Shown: in pieces, positions 38,256-47,482 of the stretch | Position numbering within the stretch: the first letter of the stretch is position 1 | How the letters are laid out: the number at the start of each line of letters is the position of its first letter | Assembly (NCBI GenBank): GCA_965222225.1 | Contig: CBDCTK010000002.1 | Span: forward strand, 1,408,001-1,472,000 | From: Candidatus Poribacteria bacterium | GTDB taxonomy: Bacteria; Poribacteria; WGA-4E; JAJDTR01 | Reading direction: 5' to 3' | Length of the DNA: 64,000 bases | Made by a program: the position numbers and the translations under genes | Notes under the pieces: model-generated | Database searches by the model: none | Seen by the model: only the letters and a program-made list of their open reading frames with translations | What the model was told of the DNA's origin: nothing

Positions 38256-39491
38256 TTATTCGATTACAACGCGGCGAAAGCGTTTTTTTCCATGACGAAG
38301 CAACAGGGTACCGTCATCAAGATGTTTCTCTGTTACAATCGAATCTGACTCCTTCACCTGCTTACCATTCAGGTACGCACCTCCCTGTTGAATTAGGCGA
38401 CGGACGGCGCTCTTGGAACCACCCAAGCCAACTTCACAGAACAGATTTACGATGGGGATTCCGCCTGTGAGCCTATCAGCGTTGATGGTTGTCGTTGGAA
38501 TCGCCGACAAATCAATGCCCTCATCTCCAAAAGCAGCACGCGAAGCATTGCGTGCGTTCTCGGCTTCAGTTTCCCCGTGAGCGAGTTTGGTAACCTCATA
38601 GGCAAGTACCTCTTTTGCCTCTCGAACCGATTCGCTCTTTAATTTCCCTAATCGTATAACTTCATCCATAGGCAAAAGGGTAAAACACGCCAGAAACCGC
38701 TGTACATCACGGTCATTGATGTTAACCCAGTATTGGTAAAATTCGTAAGGAGATGTGCGGCTAGTGTCGAGCCAGACCGCGCCACCTGCCGTTTTACCCA
38801 TCTTTTCGCCACTCGCAGTGGTAAGTAGTGGGAACGTCACCGCATGTACAGTCTTCCTCTCAACGCGACGAACCAGGTCAACGCCCGCCAGTATGTTTCC
38901 CCACTGATCATCGCCGCCAAGTTGGAGTACGCAGCCATGCTGTCGAAAGAGGTGAAGGAAGTCGTAAGCTTGCAGGAGCTGGTAGTTGAATTCGATAAAT
39001 GATAGCCCCCCTTCGCGTTCAAGGCGCTGTCGGTAAGCTTCTGCCCTAATCATCTCATTGACGCGGAAGTGTCGTCCAATGTCGCGCAGAAATTCAATGT
39101 AACTAAGTGGAAGTAGCCAATCCGCGTTGTTCAGGAATATACCGCTTGCATCGCTAAAATCGAGATAGCGCTTTAGTTGGGAGAGGATTTCCATCCCGTT
39201 GGATTCAATCGTTTCACGCGAAATCATCTGGCGCATTGTAGTTTTACCGCTAGGATCGCCTATCATCGTGGTTCCGCCCCCAATGATAGCAATTGGGGTA
39301 TGTCCTGATCGTTGAAGGTGCACCATTGCCATAATGGGAACAAGACTCCCCACATGGAAGCTGTCGGCGGTCGGATCAAATCCGACGTAGTAGGTAATCT
39401 TCTCTACGGACAACAGCCGTGTGATTTCATCCGCATTGGTACATTGTTGTATGAATCCTCGCTCTTTCAAGGTTTCAAAGACATTCTCCAC
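38256..39491 (-). CDS. tyrS: tyrosine--tRNA ligase
   Basis: YVGFDPTADSFHVG, QLGGDDQWGNI, KMGKT, S4 domain; GTG start after GAGGTG. Confidence 0.98.
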   Translation of the reverse strand: MENVFETLKERGFIQQCTNADEITRLLSVEKITYYVGFDPTADSFHVGSLVPIMAMVHLQRSGHTPIAIIGGGTTMIGDPSGKTTMRQMISRETIESNGMEILSQLKRYLDFSDASGIFLNNADWLLPLSYIEFLRDIGRHFRVNEMIRAEAYRQRLEREGGLSFIEFNYQLLQAYDFLHLFRQHGCVLQLGGDDQWGNILAGVDLVRRVERKTVHAVTFPLLTTASGEKMGKTAGGAVWLDTSRTSPYEFYQYWVNINDRDVQRFLACFTLLPMDEVIRLGKLKSESVREAKEVLAYEVTKLAHGETEAENARNASRAAFGDEGIDLSAIPTTTINADRLTGGIPIVNLFCEVGLGGSKSAVRRLIQQGGAYLNGKQVKESDSIVTEKHLDDGTLLLRHGKKRFRRVVIE

Positions 39492-39531
39492 TAGACAACA
39501 CCTCACTATGTAAAATATTTGACCCGCCAAC

Positions 39532-39570
39532 AAAAAAGCCCATCATCGACTATGTCTTTCGATGATGGGC
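39532..39570 (-). terminator. attenuator terminator upstream of tyrS
   Basis: GCCCATCATCGA-loop-TCGATGATGGGC followed by T6. Confidence 0.85.
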
Positions 39571-39596
39571 GATTGGTGAATGCTTGTTAGGAACCT

Positions 39597-39737
39597 TTAA
39601 GATACTTTTTCAGTTGCCACCAGCCCATCACTACACCACCCGTAGAATATATACAAATATCTCACGGCATTAATTCGCGCATGACGGTTAAGGATTCCGT
39701 CTATGCTAATGATGGGGTACGAATCAATTTTTCTCAT
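39597..39737 (-). CDS. tyrS leader peptide (46 aa)
   Basis: MRKIDSYPIISIDGILNRHARINAVRYLYIFYGWCSDGLVATEKVS; Tyr cluster just before antiterminator TGATGGGC. Confidence 0.7.
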   Translation of the reverse strand: MRKIDSYPIISIDGILNRHARINAVRYLYIFYGWCSDGLVATEKVS

Positions 39738-39769
39738 AATCAAACAGAGTCCGTATGAATTGCAACTAA

Positions 39770-39799
39770 ATCATAACTGATGATTCTTTGAGATGTCAA
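39770..39799 (-). promoter_or_regulatory. sigma70 promoter of the tyrS leader
   Basis: TTGACA-N18-TATGAT. Confidence 0.65.
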
Positions 39800-39966
39800 G
39801 CAAATCTTGTTCCAATTCCCCCCACTTTCCGATTCCATTTGCCCCCATGCACACATCAATGCAGGGATAAATGAGCGAACAACATTTGCCGAGGAACTAG
39901 CTGGGAAAATGGCAAGTTTGAACGATCGGGAGAGGGCGTCCGGCAGGCTTTGATGTACAATTCAGT

Positions 39967-39995
39967 TTGACAGAATTCATGGGAAATAATACCAT
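39967..39995 (+). promoter_or_regulatory. sigma70 promoter of the methionine gamma-lyase-like gene
   Basis: TTGACA-N17-TACCAT. Confidence 0.6.
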
Positions 39996-40052
39996 AGCTT
40001 GCAATCTGAAGGAGGAAATAGATACCTTCTCTATCAGGAAAAGGAGATAACC

Positions 40053-41278
40053 ATGACAGTTAAACCACATCGCTACGGGTATGCAACGAAAGCTATACAC
40101 GCTGGCGAGGAATCTCTTCCAAGGACGGGGCCACTAATTCCGCCAATCTACCAGAATAGCACATTCCGATTTGCAACAGCAGATGAATGTGTAATTGGAT
40201 TTACCGAAAAAAGCGCTGACTATGTTTATACCCGCTGGGGAAATCCCACTCAATCGGTGCTAGAGGCTAAGATTACCGCGCTTGAAGGAAGTGAGGACGC
40301 CTTAGCAACGGCGTCGGGCATGGCACTATAAGTACGGCACTACTCACACTGCTTGAGCGTGGAGATCACGTCGTAGCGATGGACTCGCTCTATTCGGCAT
40401 CACACAACGTCCTCAATGAGGATTTGCCTCGAATGGGAATCGAAACAACTTTTGTGGACGGAACAAAGGTAAACGAAATTGAGCACGCGATACGTGCCAA
40501 CACTAAGGCAGTTTATATTGAAAGTCCGGCGAATCCGACGCTGAAGCTCGTTGACATCCGTGCTTGTGCGGAAATCGCGCGGAGCCATAGTACAACGACA
40601 ATTATCGTCAATACATTTGCCTCACCATGTGGGCAACAGCCCATAGCCCTCGGAATTGATATTGTCCTTCATAGCATGACTAAATATCTGAGTGGAAACG
40701 GTACGGTTATTGCCGGAATCATTGCGGCTTCGGCAAAATTCGTCGAACGCGCGAAGACACAGGTGTTGCGAAATGTCGGTGGGATAATCAGTCCATTTAA
40801 CGCCTGGTTAACACTTCACGGTATTGCAACGCTTCCATTGCGTTTTGCGCGACACTGTGAAAATGCTTATCAAGTCGCAACTTTTTTGGAAAGCCATCCC
40901 GCTATCGAATGGGTGCGCTATCCGGGCCTTCCTAGCCATCCGCAGCGTCAGCTCGCCAAACGGCAGATGCAATCTTTTGGAGGGATGGTTGCCTTCGAAC
41001 TCAACGATGGGATAGAAGCCGGCAGACTGCTTGTAAACAGCATTCAGCTATGCTCGCTGGCAGTGAGTCTAGGCGATGTACGCACACTAATCTGTCACTC
41101 CGCTTCAACCACACATTTGCATGTATCCGCAGACGTACGGAAACGCTCGGGTATCACGGATGGATTGGTGTGTCTTTCCGTTGGCTTGGAGGATGCCGAG
41201 GACATAATCGCAGATCTCGATCAGGCATTATCCTCGACAACGGTGCGACTTGACAAGAGATTCAATACACCCCGATAA
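40053..41278 (+). pseudogene. megL: methionine gamma-lyase / trans-sulfuration PLP enzyme, frameshifted at about 40326
   Basis: YTRWGNPT, ATASGMA then continuation ISTALL in the -1 frame; ESPANP, HSMTKY, SLGDVRTL. Confidence 0.8.
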
Positions 41279-41283
41279 TTACA

Positions 41284-42522
41284 TCAAAACTCATTAGCTT
41301 GAAGGTTCTGAATGTAGTTTTCGTTGATATTGTTCGATGGGTGAGTTGGGTTTTGGTGAGGTTCGGCAAACTCTTTGATTAAGCGTTGATACGCCTCAAT
41401 CGCGAGATTTATCTCTTCGCGTTTTTCGTATATGTATCCAATCCAATACTGAGCCTGTCGTCGCGTATCGTAATCAAAAGAAGAATTATCTGCAACCCTC
41501 CTATAGGCTTCAATCGCCCCGTCCGCGTCACCCTTGGTATAGTAGATTTGAGCTACAAAAAACTGCGAATTAGACGCATTCTCGTTGTCTGGATATTTGT
41601 TAATCGCCTCTTCAAGCTGATCAATCGCTTCATCGTATTGCTCCATCTGTTGATACGCCCAACCAATATAAAAATGAGAGTCTTGGGCCACTTTCGCACC
41701 TGAATCATTTTGGATAACACGATTATAGCTCTCAATTGCTTCATCGAATCTCCCTTCGGCAAAGTAAGTTTGCCCAATTCCAAACTGGGCGAGTGGAGTC
41801 AACTCTTCATGCCCTGAATTGACTACCTTTTCAAATTCAACACGAGCATCTCGATACTTCCTTTGCTCGGTGTAAATCATGCCCGTATAGTACATGACGC
41901 TGTGAATAAGATCGCTATCCCTAAATTCCTCCGCCAATTCATCAAACGCTTGCAGAGTACGATTTAACAGACCTTTTCCATAATAACACATCGCCCGAGT
42001 AAACCGCGCGTGATCCACAAGTTTACTACCGGGATAGTCCCTAATCAACCGATCAAAGAGAACCAAGGCACGATCGTAGTAAGTATCGGCAGATTCCAAC
42101 ACATCTGTCTCCTTCACTCCATCGCCCATTTTATAATTCGCAATAGCGATTGTATATAAAGCATCATCCGTCCATTCGCTGTCCGGATAGTTGTTAATTA
42201 GACGACGAAATAGCGCAAACACCTCTTCATCTGTCCTTGCAACCCGTGAAGCGAGTTGATAGATTGCATCATCCGCCCAGCGACTGTCAGGATATTTTTC
42301 GAACACTTGGCGATATAATGCCCTCACTTTACGGACGCGATTCTGATCCTCGTCTTCGAGGGTCACGGGCGGGTTATTTGCCGTTCGTGCTTTCTGCCAA
42401 GTTTCCTCGGCTTTCTCATAATATCGTGCGTAATCCATGTCTGAATTTGTCGATTTGCCAATCCAGAAACCAGCGACCAGTGCCACAATCACAAGAATCT
42501 CCGTGACAATAAATTTCCTCAT
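41284..42522 (-). CDS. membrane-anchored TPR protein
   Basis: N-terminal TM; repeated YPDS..ADDA.Y TPR units. Confidence 0.85.
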   Translation of the reverse strand: MRKFIVTEILVIVALVAGFWIGKSTNSDMDYARYYEKAEETWQKARTANNPPVTLEDEDQNRVRKVRALYRQVFEKYPDSRWADDAIYQLASRVARTDEEVFALFRRLINNYPDSEWTDDALYTIAIANYKMGDGVKETDVLESADTYYDRALVLFDRLIRDYPGSKLVDHARFTRAMCYYGKGLLNRTLQAFDELAEEFRDSDLIHSVMYYTGMIYTEQRKYRDARVEFEKVVNSGHEELTPLAQFGIGQTYFAEGRFDEAIESYNRVIQNDSGAKVAQDSHFYIGWAYQQMEQYDEAIDQLEEAINKYPDNENASNSQFFVAQIYYTKGDADGAIEAYRRVADNSSFDYDTRRQAQYWIGYIYEKREEINLAIEAYQRLIKEFAEPHQNPTHPSNNINENYIQNLQANEF

Positions 42523-42923
42523 GTTCTACTCCTACTTTCATTACGGTTGGATATGCTTTAACGGACATCAAAAGCCACGTTTACAAGCGTACTTCTTCAT
42601 CGTTGAAGATACGTATCAACTGTCCAATATGACTAACGGTCTGACGAGTTGTATCACTTCTAGACGGAAATAAACCTGATTACTCCGTGGATTCCATATT
42701 GTTAATTTCACAAACCAAGCGAATTTTAGTTCCCAGAATCGAACTCCGCACTACTTGTATCCAGATTGTATCCAGAATTGCTGCATAGAACCGCTTGCGT
42801 GAGAGATTTCTCTGGATGGAATCATCATGGTGTGCTAAAATCGCGTTTTGCATACGGCGTCGGTTCCACACTAGACTGCGGCTATCGAGAAATAACATCC
42901 TTCTCTAGATTTCATCTTTTTTA

Positions 42924-43766
42924 ATGACAAGATACAAAATAATTGCACTAGATATTGATGGAACACTTCTAAACTCGTGCGGACGAGTTACCGAGAGGAC
43001 CAATAAAACAATCCACCGTGCTGCTGAAGAAGGCGTAGTCATTCTAGTTGTAACGGGGCGACGATTCTTTACAGCAAAACAACGAGTTCTGCAGCTTGAA
43101 CTGCCAAACATGCTGCTTGCAGTGCATAATGGCGCTATTCTCAAGCAACTTAGTGGTGAGTTGCTTTATCATCGTTTGCTTCCTCGCGAGACAGCTCAAC
43201 AGGTGGTTGAAGTCGCTAATGAAATGGGGCTATGTCCGGTAGTTTTTGCCGGGATCGATGATGAGGCAGCCGTTCTGATCGAAGATTACGGGGACAGGCT
43301 TGATTCGTGGGAAAGGGGTTACCTCCGGGAAAACCGGCGATTTCTACGAGAAGTTGACAATCTGTCTAAAAATTTGCCTGACGACGTCATTGAAGTCATC
43401 TGCGTCGTCCCGACGGCTGACTTGCATCGGCTCGCCGAGATTTTTGAAGAACAACTGAACGGTCGGGTGAAATCGATTGTTGTTACCACGACGGATTGGC
43501 AACGCGCTTTTATCGGACTTACTAGCCCAGATGTAAGTAAACGCGAACCTCTTCGCTTTCTTGCTGAGGAAGGAAAGATAGACCGGACGAAGATTATTGC
43601 CATCGGAGACAATTATAACGACTTGGAGATGTTAGAATTCGCCGGCGTAGGGGTTGTGATGGAGAACGCCGTTCCGGCACTGAAACAGATGGGATTCCAT
43701 GTGACAGCATCAAACAACGAAGATGGTGTCGCCAAAGCCCTAGAAAAATTTGTGTTTGAACGCTAA
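42924..43766 (+). CDS. Cof-type HAD-IIB hydrolase
   Basis: DIDGTLL, TGR, HNGA, IGDNYNDLEML. Confidence 0.93.
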   Translation: MTRYKIIALDIDGTLLNSCGRVTERTNKTIHRAAEEGVVILVVTGRRFFTAKQRVLQLELPNMLLAVHNGAILKQLSGELLYHRLLPRETAQQVVEVANEMGLCPVVFAGIDDEAAVLIEDYGDRLDSWERGYLRENRRFLREVDNLSKNLPDDVIEVICVVPTADLHRLAEIFEEQLNGRVKSIVVTTTDWQRAFIGLTSPDVSKREPLRFLAEEGKIDRTKIIAIGDNYNDLEMLEFAGVGVVMENAVPALKQMGFHVTASNNEDGVAKALEKFVFER

Positions 43767-43928
43767 TTTCTCAACAAGATCTATCGAAACGAAAAACATT
43801 GGTAATTAGATGGTCAGGATTGTGTTATCTCAAACGTCTAATGGTGCACAGCCTATAAATCCAAGGCGCTCACGCCACTGATTCGTCCTTGTACCTAAAG
43901 GTAGCAGAAATCGGAATCAGGAGAGGAA

Positions 43929-45029
43929 ATGCCTGCTAGAACTCTACATAAATTTCATTTTGGACTGTATAGCAACACCGTTATTGATTGGCTGTGGCAC
44001 TTATTCGTGAGAAATAGATTACGCTTAACAGCTTACACAATAGTTTGGATTTTCTCCGTAACCGGAACTTGGGCTGCGGTGGGCAATGAAGAAAGAATTG
44101 ACTACGTAGTCGCCGTCGTTAATGACCAAGCCGTCACATGGACTGATCTCCGGAGCGCGTTGGTTGTCCGCGCTTTCGTTGACCCCTTAGTTTCATTATT
44201 GCCACCGCTTCTTGACGAACTCAAAAATCCGTCAGACGAAGCCCAGCGAACTATTATAGATATTCTCATTGACCGAACACTTATGTTACAGGAAGCAGAA
44301 CGTTTGGGAATTCCCCTGGCACGTTGGCATGACAAAGTTGCTACCGACATGGAGAGGATCAAGATGTCTTACCCGTCCGAGCTAGGCTTCTTTGAAACAT
44401 TAAAGCTAAGCGGACTAGAATATGCCGAACTGGAAGAATGGATGAGAGCGGGGCTGATGATTGACGACCTGATTTTCCGAAAATTCATCAAAGGAATACG
44501 TGGGGAAAAGATCGAACAAGAATCACTACAACATTTTGAACAACACAAATCTGAATATTCTGAGGCTGCACGGGTCAGGTTCACATATGTGCTTATTCCC
44601 TTGAGGTCCGACGCTTCTCTTCAGGAGGAGACTCAAGCCGGACGCTCTGCCGAAGCGATTTATTTCCGTCTGAGAAACGGTATGTCAATCCAAGAGATTC
44701 AACAATTCGCGCAAGATTCCGCGCAAATCAAGCCCGATACGAGGACAGAATATATAGATTCCAAACTGGGAATGACAATTGCGGCACTGAAGACGAATAG
44801 GTGGAGTTCCCCTATCCGCACGTCTAGTGGCTACCTTATCGTCAATTCGCTAGGTGTAGAAAAACGCCGCCAGCAAGCCTACACTGAAGTCAAAGACGAG
44901 ATTAAGAGGATGCTAGTTGGCGAACAAATGGAGAAATGGCTAGCACAGCAGAAGGAAATCGGGAATTGTCGTATATTGGTTCCGTCGTTAGCCCAGACAA
45001 AGAAGCATAGTCCACGTAATAAGCCCTGA
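43929..45029 (+). CDS. SurA-like periplasmic chaperone/PPIase
   Basis: IDYVVAVVNDQAVT, LIDRTLMLQEAERLG, SSPIRTSSGYLI; start uncertain. Confidence 0.75.
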   Translation: MPARTLHKFHFGLYSNTVIDWLWHLFVRNRLRLTAYTIVWIFSVTGTWAAVGNEERIDYVVAVVNDQAVTWTDLRSALVVRAFVDPLVSLLPPLLDELKNPSDEAQRTIIDILIDRTLMLQEAERLGIPLARWHDKVATDMERIKMSYPSELGFFETLKLSGLEYAELEEWMRAGLMIDDLIFRKFIKGIRGEKIEQESLQHFEQHKSEYSEAARVRFTYVLIPLRSDASLQEETQAGRSAEAIYFRLRNGMSIQEIQQFAQDSAQIKPDTRTEYIDSKLGMTIAALKTNRWSSPIRTSSGYLIVNSLGVEKRRQQAYTEVKDEIKRMLVGEQMEKWLAQQKEIGNCRILVPSLAQTKKHSPRNKP

Positions 45030-45045
45030 TACTTCGTCTAATGTC

Positions 45046-45867
45046 ATGCACGGTGTTGAAAAGCTATTCAATCACCCCAAGCCCATTATCGGTGTCGTTC
45101 ACTTACTTCCTTTAATCGGCAGTCCGAAGTCGACAGTTGGACTCGCCGACATTCGTTCTCGGGCGCTGTCTGATGCAGGAACTCTCATCAATAATGGCGT
45201 TGACGGGATTATCATTGAAAACTATGGTGATGTGCCCTTTTTCCCGGATCAAGTGGAATCTCACACTGTCGCGTCAATGACAATCATTGCGCACGAGATT
45301 CGCGAACACTACCCGAAGACACCAATCGGAATCAACGTGCTTCGGAATGATGCAAGGTCGGCAATGGCAATCGCGACGGTTACTCAGTCGAATTTTATCC
45401 GCACCAATGTCCACACCGGAGGAATGCTTACAGATCAGGGGATTCTACAAGGAAAAGCGCACGAGACACTTCGCTATCGCACAACACTCAATAGCGAGGT
45501 GAAAATATTTGCTGACATTGCGGTAAAACACGCTGCCCCGATTGCAGACATCGATTTGGGAATCAGTGCGGAGGACACCTACTATCGCGGACTCGCTGAC
45601 GCGCTGATTATCACCGGATTGGGAACAGGTAAGCAGACTTGCTACAACCATTTACGGCAGGTAAAAAACACTGTTCCCCAAGCATGCGTTTTCGCCGGAA
45701 GCGGCGTTGCCGCGGATACGATTGCCAACCTATTACAATGTGCCGATGGCGTCATTGTTGGTACATGGCTGAAACGCGAAGGAATAACTACAAATGAGGT
45801 GGATGAGAACCGCGTGCGAAATCTAATTAAAGCTCGAGATGAAAATTTACTTACCATGACACGGTGA
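45046..45867 (+). CDS. BtpA/SgcQ family protein
   Basis: IIGVVHL, IIENYGDVPF, GINVLRND, VKHA, ADGVIVGT. Confidence 0.92.
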   Translation: MHGVEKLFNHPKPIIGVVHLLPLIGSPKSTVGLADIRSRALSDAGTLINNGVDGIIIENYGDVPFFPDQVESHTVASMTIIAHEIREHYPKTPIGINVLRNDARSAMAIATVTQSNFIRTNVHTGGMLTDQGILQGKAHETLRYRTTLNSEVKIFADIAVKHAAPIADIDLGISAEDTYYRGLADALIITGLGTGKQTCYNHLRQVKNTVPQACVFAGSGVAADTIANLLQCADGVIVGTWLKREGITTNEVDENRVRNLIKARDENLLTMTR

Positions 45868-46041
45868 TGACAATTATGTAGTATCATTATGTCCGCAGTA
45901 GCAGTATAGGAAACCTATCTTGAAAAGATAATTGGCACCTGAGTGTACGTCAAGATTCAATCGCCTGCCATTTGAAGTTAATTTAAGAGTAGGAATCAAA
46001 TATGTTCTTAGGACGAAATATAGGTTGGCTTTCCCGATAAC

Positions 46042-46069
46042 TGTAAACTATTAAGGTTAAATATCGTTT
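46042..46069 (+). promoter_or_regulatory. putative autoregulatory ECF-sigma promoter
   Basis: TGTAAAC-N16-CGTTT about 40 nt upstream of the ECF sigma gene; matches the AAC/CGT ECF pattern. Confidence 0.5.
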
Positions 46070-46107
46070 GAAATTCCGTGTAATCCTAATGTTGGATTGG
46101 ATTCTTT

Positions 46108-46689
46108 ATGGACACGATTGTTGAAGATGAAATGTTGGTTGCGCAATTCCAAGCTGGCCGTCATCACGCATTCGATGAATTAATGAAGCGGCATAAGCAC
46201 AAAATTAATGCTTACTTACTGAGATCGGTAAGGAACTGCGAGGACGCCGAAGAATTGACAATTGAAGTCTTTTTCAAGGCTTATCGTGCTCTTGATGGCT
46301 GGCAGCCGCAAGCTCGATTTTCAACATGGCTCTACAAAATCGCTCATAATTTGTCAATCGACCACCATCGCGCAAAATCTCGAAGGCTAACTTATTCCTT
46401 GGATGACGAAGAGTTGGCGATTGAAGAACCCATAGCCTCCGATCTAGGAAGCGATCCGGCATGGCAGTTGGAAGAAAAGGATCGAAATTGCGTTATCCGC
46501 GCCGCAGTCGATCAGCTTTCTCCAAACCAAAAAGTAGTTTTTATGTTAAATCGATATGAAGGTATGCAGATTAAGGAAATCACAGAGGTTCTTGGTATGG
46601 CGGAAGGCACTGTGAAAGTTCACCTGCATCGAGCAATGAAGAAATTGCAAATTCTGCTTCAACCCTTCTGGGAAAGAAATGAAATCTGA
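46108..46689 (+). CDS. ECF RNA polymerase sigma factor
   Basis: AEEL..EVF.KAY, FSTWLYKIAHN, GTVKVHLHRA. Confidence 0.93.
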   Translation: MDTIVEDEMLVAQFQAGRHHAFDELMKRHKHKINAYLLRSVRNCEDAEELTIEVFFKAYRALDGWQPQARFSTWLYKIAHNLSIDHHRAKSRRLTYSLDDEELAIEEPIASDLGSDPAWQLEEKDRNCVIRAAVDQLSPNQKVVFMLNRYEGMQIKEITEVLGMAEGTVKVHLHRAMKKLQILLQPFWERNEI

Positions 46690-47356
46690 GGCTTGGAATC
46701 CGTTAATGTCGACCTGCAAGCAATATGAAGCATTTCACATAGACTATGTGTGCCATCTCCTTGACGACGCACAGATTTCGGAGCTCAACGCACATCTGCG
46801 TGATTGCGCGAATTGTAGAAAAGAAGTCAAAGCGTTGAAAGAGGTATTGAAACTTACGGACAAGGCAGAGACTGAAATATCATCAACGGCGTGGGAACTT
46901 AAAGATGTCGAAATGGAAGTTTACAGACGTCTAGCGGCAGAAAATGAACAGGCAAGCGGCAGTTCCTTGTTTTTACGTGTGCGCCATCTGCTTCCATTTA
47001 GATTCCTGATGCAAACGGAACGCTTTTCCTTGTATGGCTTTCGTTCCACTAGTGTGCGTCAACTTTGGCGCGGAATGTTAACCGGTTGTGCCTTGGTAGT
47101 GGTGTTGTTGATTTCCGTCGTCTCGTTCGATGGTGACCAATCAACAAAAATGCCAGTGGTCAAAATCGATGTTTCACTCTCACACGAGCAACTTGAACAG
47201 TATCGCTCGCAAGGCATACGTCGGAGTCTGCAGGATGTACTTGTCAGTATGCATCTGACAAACGATGAATGGGAGACAGCCGGCAGGGCACGCATGTTGA
47301 ATGAACAAGCTCAAGGAACACCTTACGAGAACATTACAATTAGCAGTTTCAGATGA
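46679..47356 (+). CDS. zinc-binding (ZAS) transmembrane anti-sigma factor
   Basis: HLRDCANC motif, TM helix, overlaps the sigma stop. Confidence 0.85.
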   Translation: MKSEAWNPLMSTCKQYEAFHIDYVCHLLDDAQISELNAHLRDCANCRKEVKALKEVLKLTDKAETEISSTAWELKDVEMEVYRRLAAENEQASGSSLFLRVRHLLPFRFLMQTERFSLYGFRSTSVRQLWRGMLTGCALVVVLLISVVSFDGDQSTKMPVVKIDVSLSHEQLEQYRSQGIRRSLQDVLVSMHLTNDEWETAGRARMLNEQAQGTPYENITISSFR

Positions 47357-47482
47357 CTTCGGTAATGTTTGATGAAGATTTACCTCATGACAAGGCTCAC
47401 GAACAACCAAGAGAGTAAGGATTGGAATGGAAGGAGGAATTATATTGAGGAATATTGTGCTGGATTGGGCTGGCATCTAAGC

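Noticed and set aside
39540-39800. T-box riboswitch upstream of tyrS
   Set aside because: No T-box consensus (GGTGGxACCGCG) or stem I motifs; a leader ORF plus antiterminator explains the region better
39840-40052. SAM riboswitch upstream of the methionine lyase gene
   Set aside because: No SAM-I/II core motifs; the promoter is under 60 nt from the start codon
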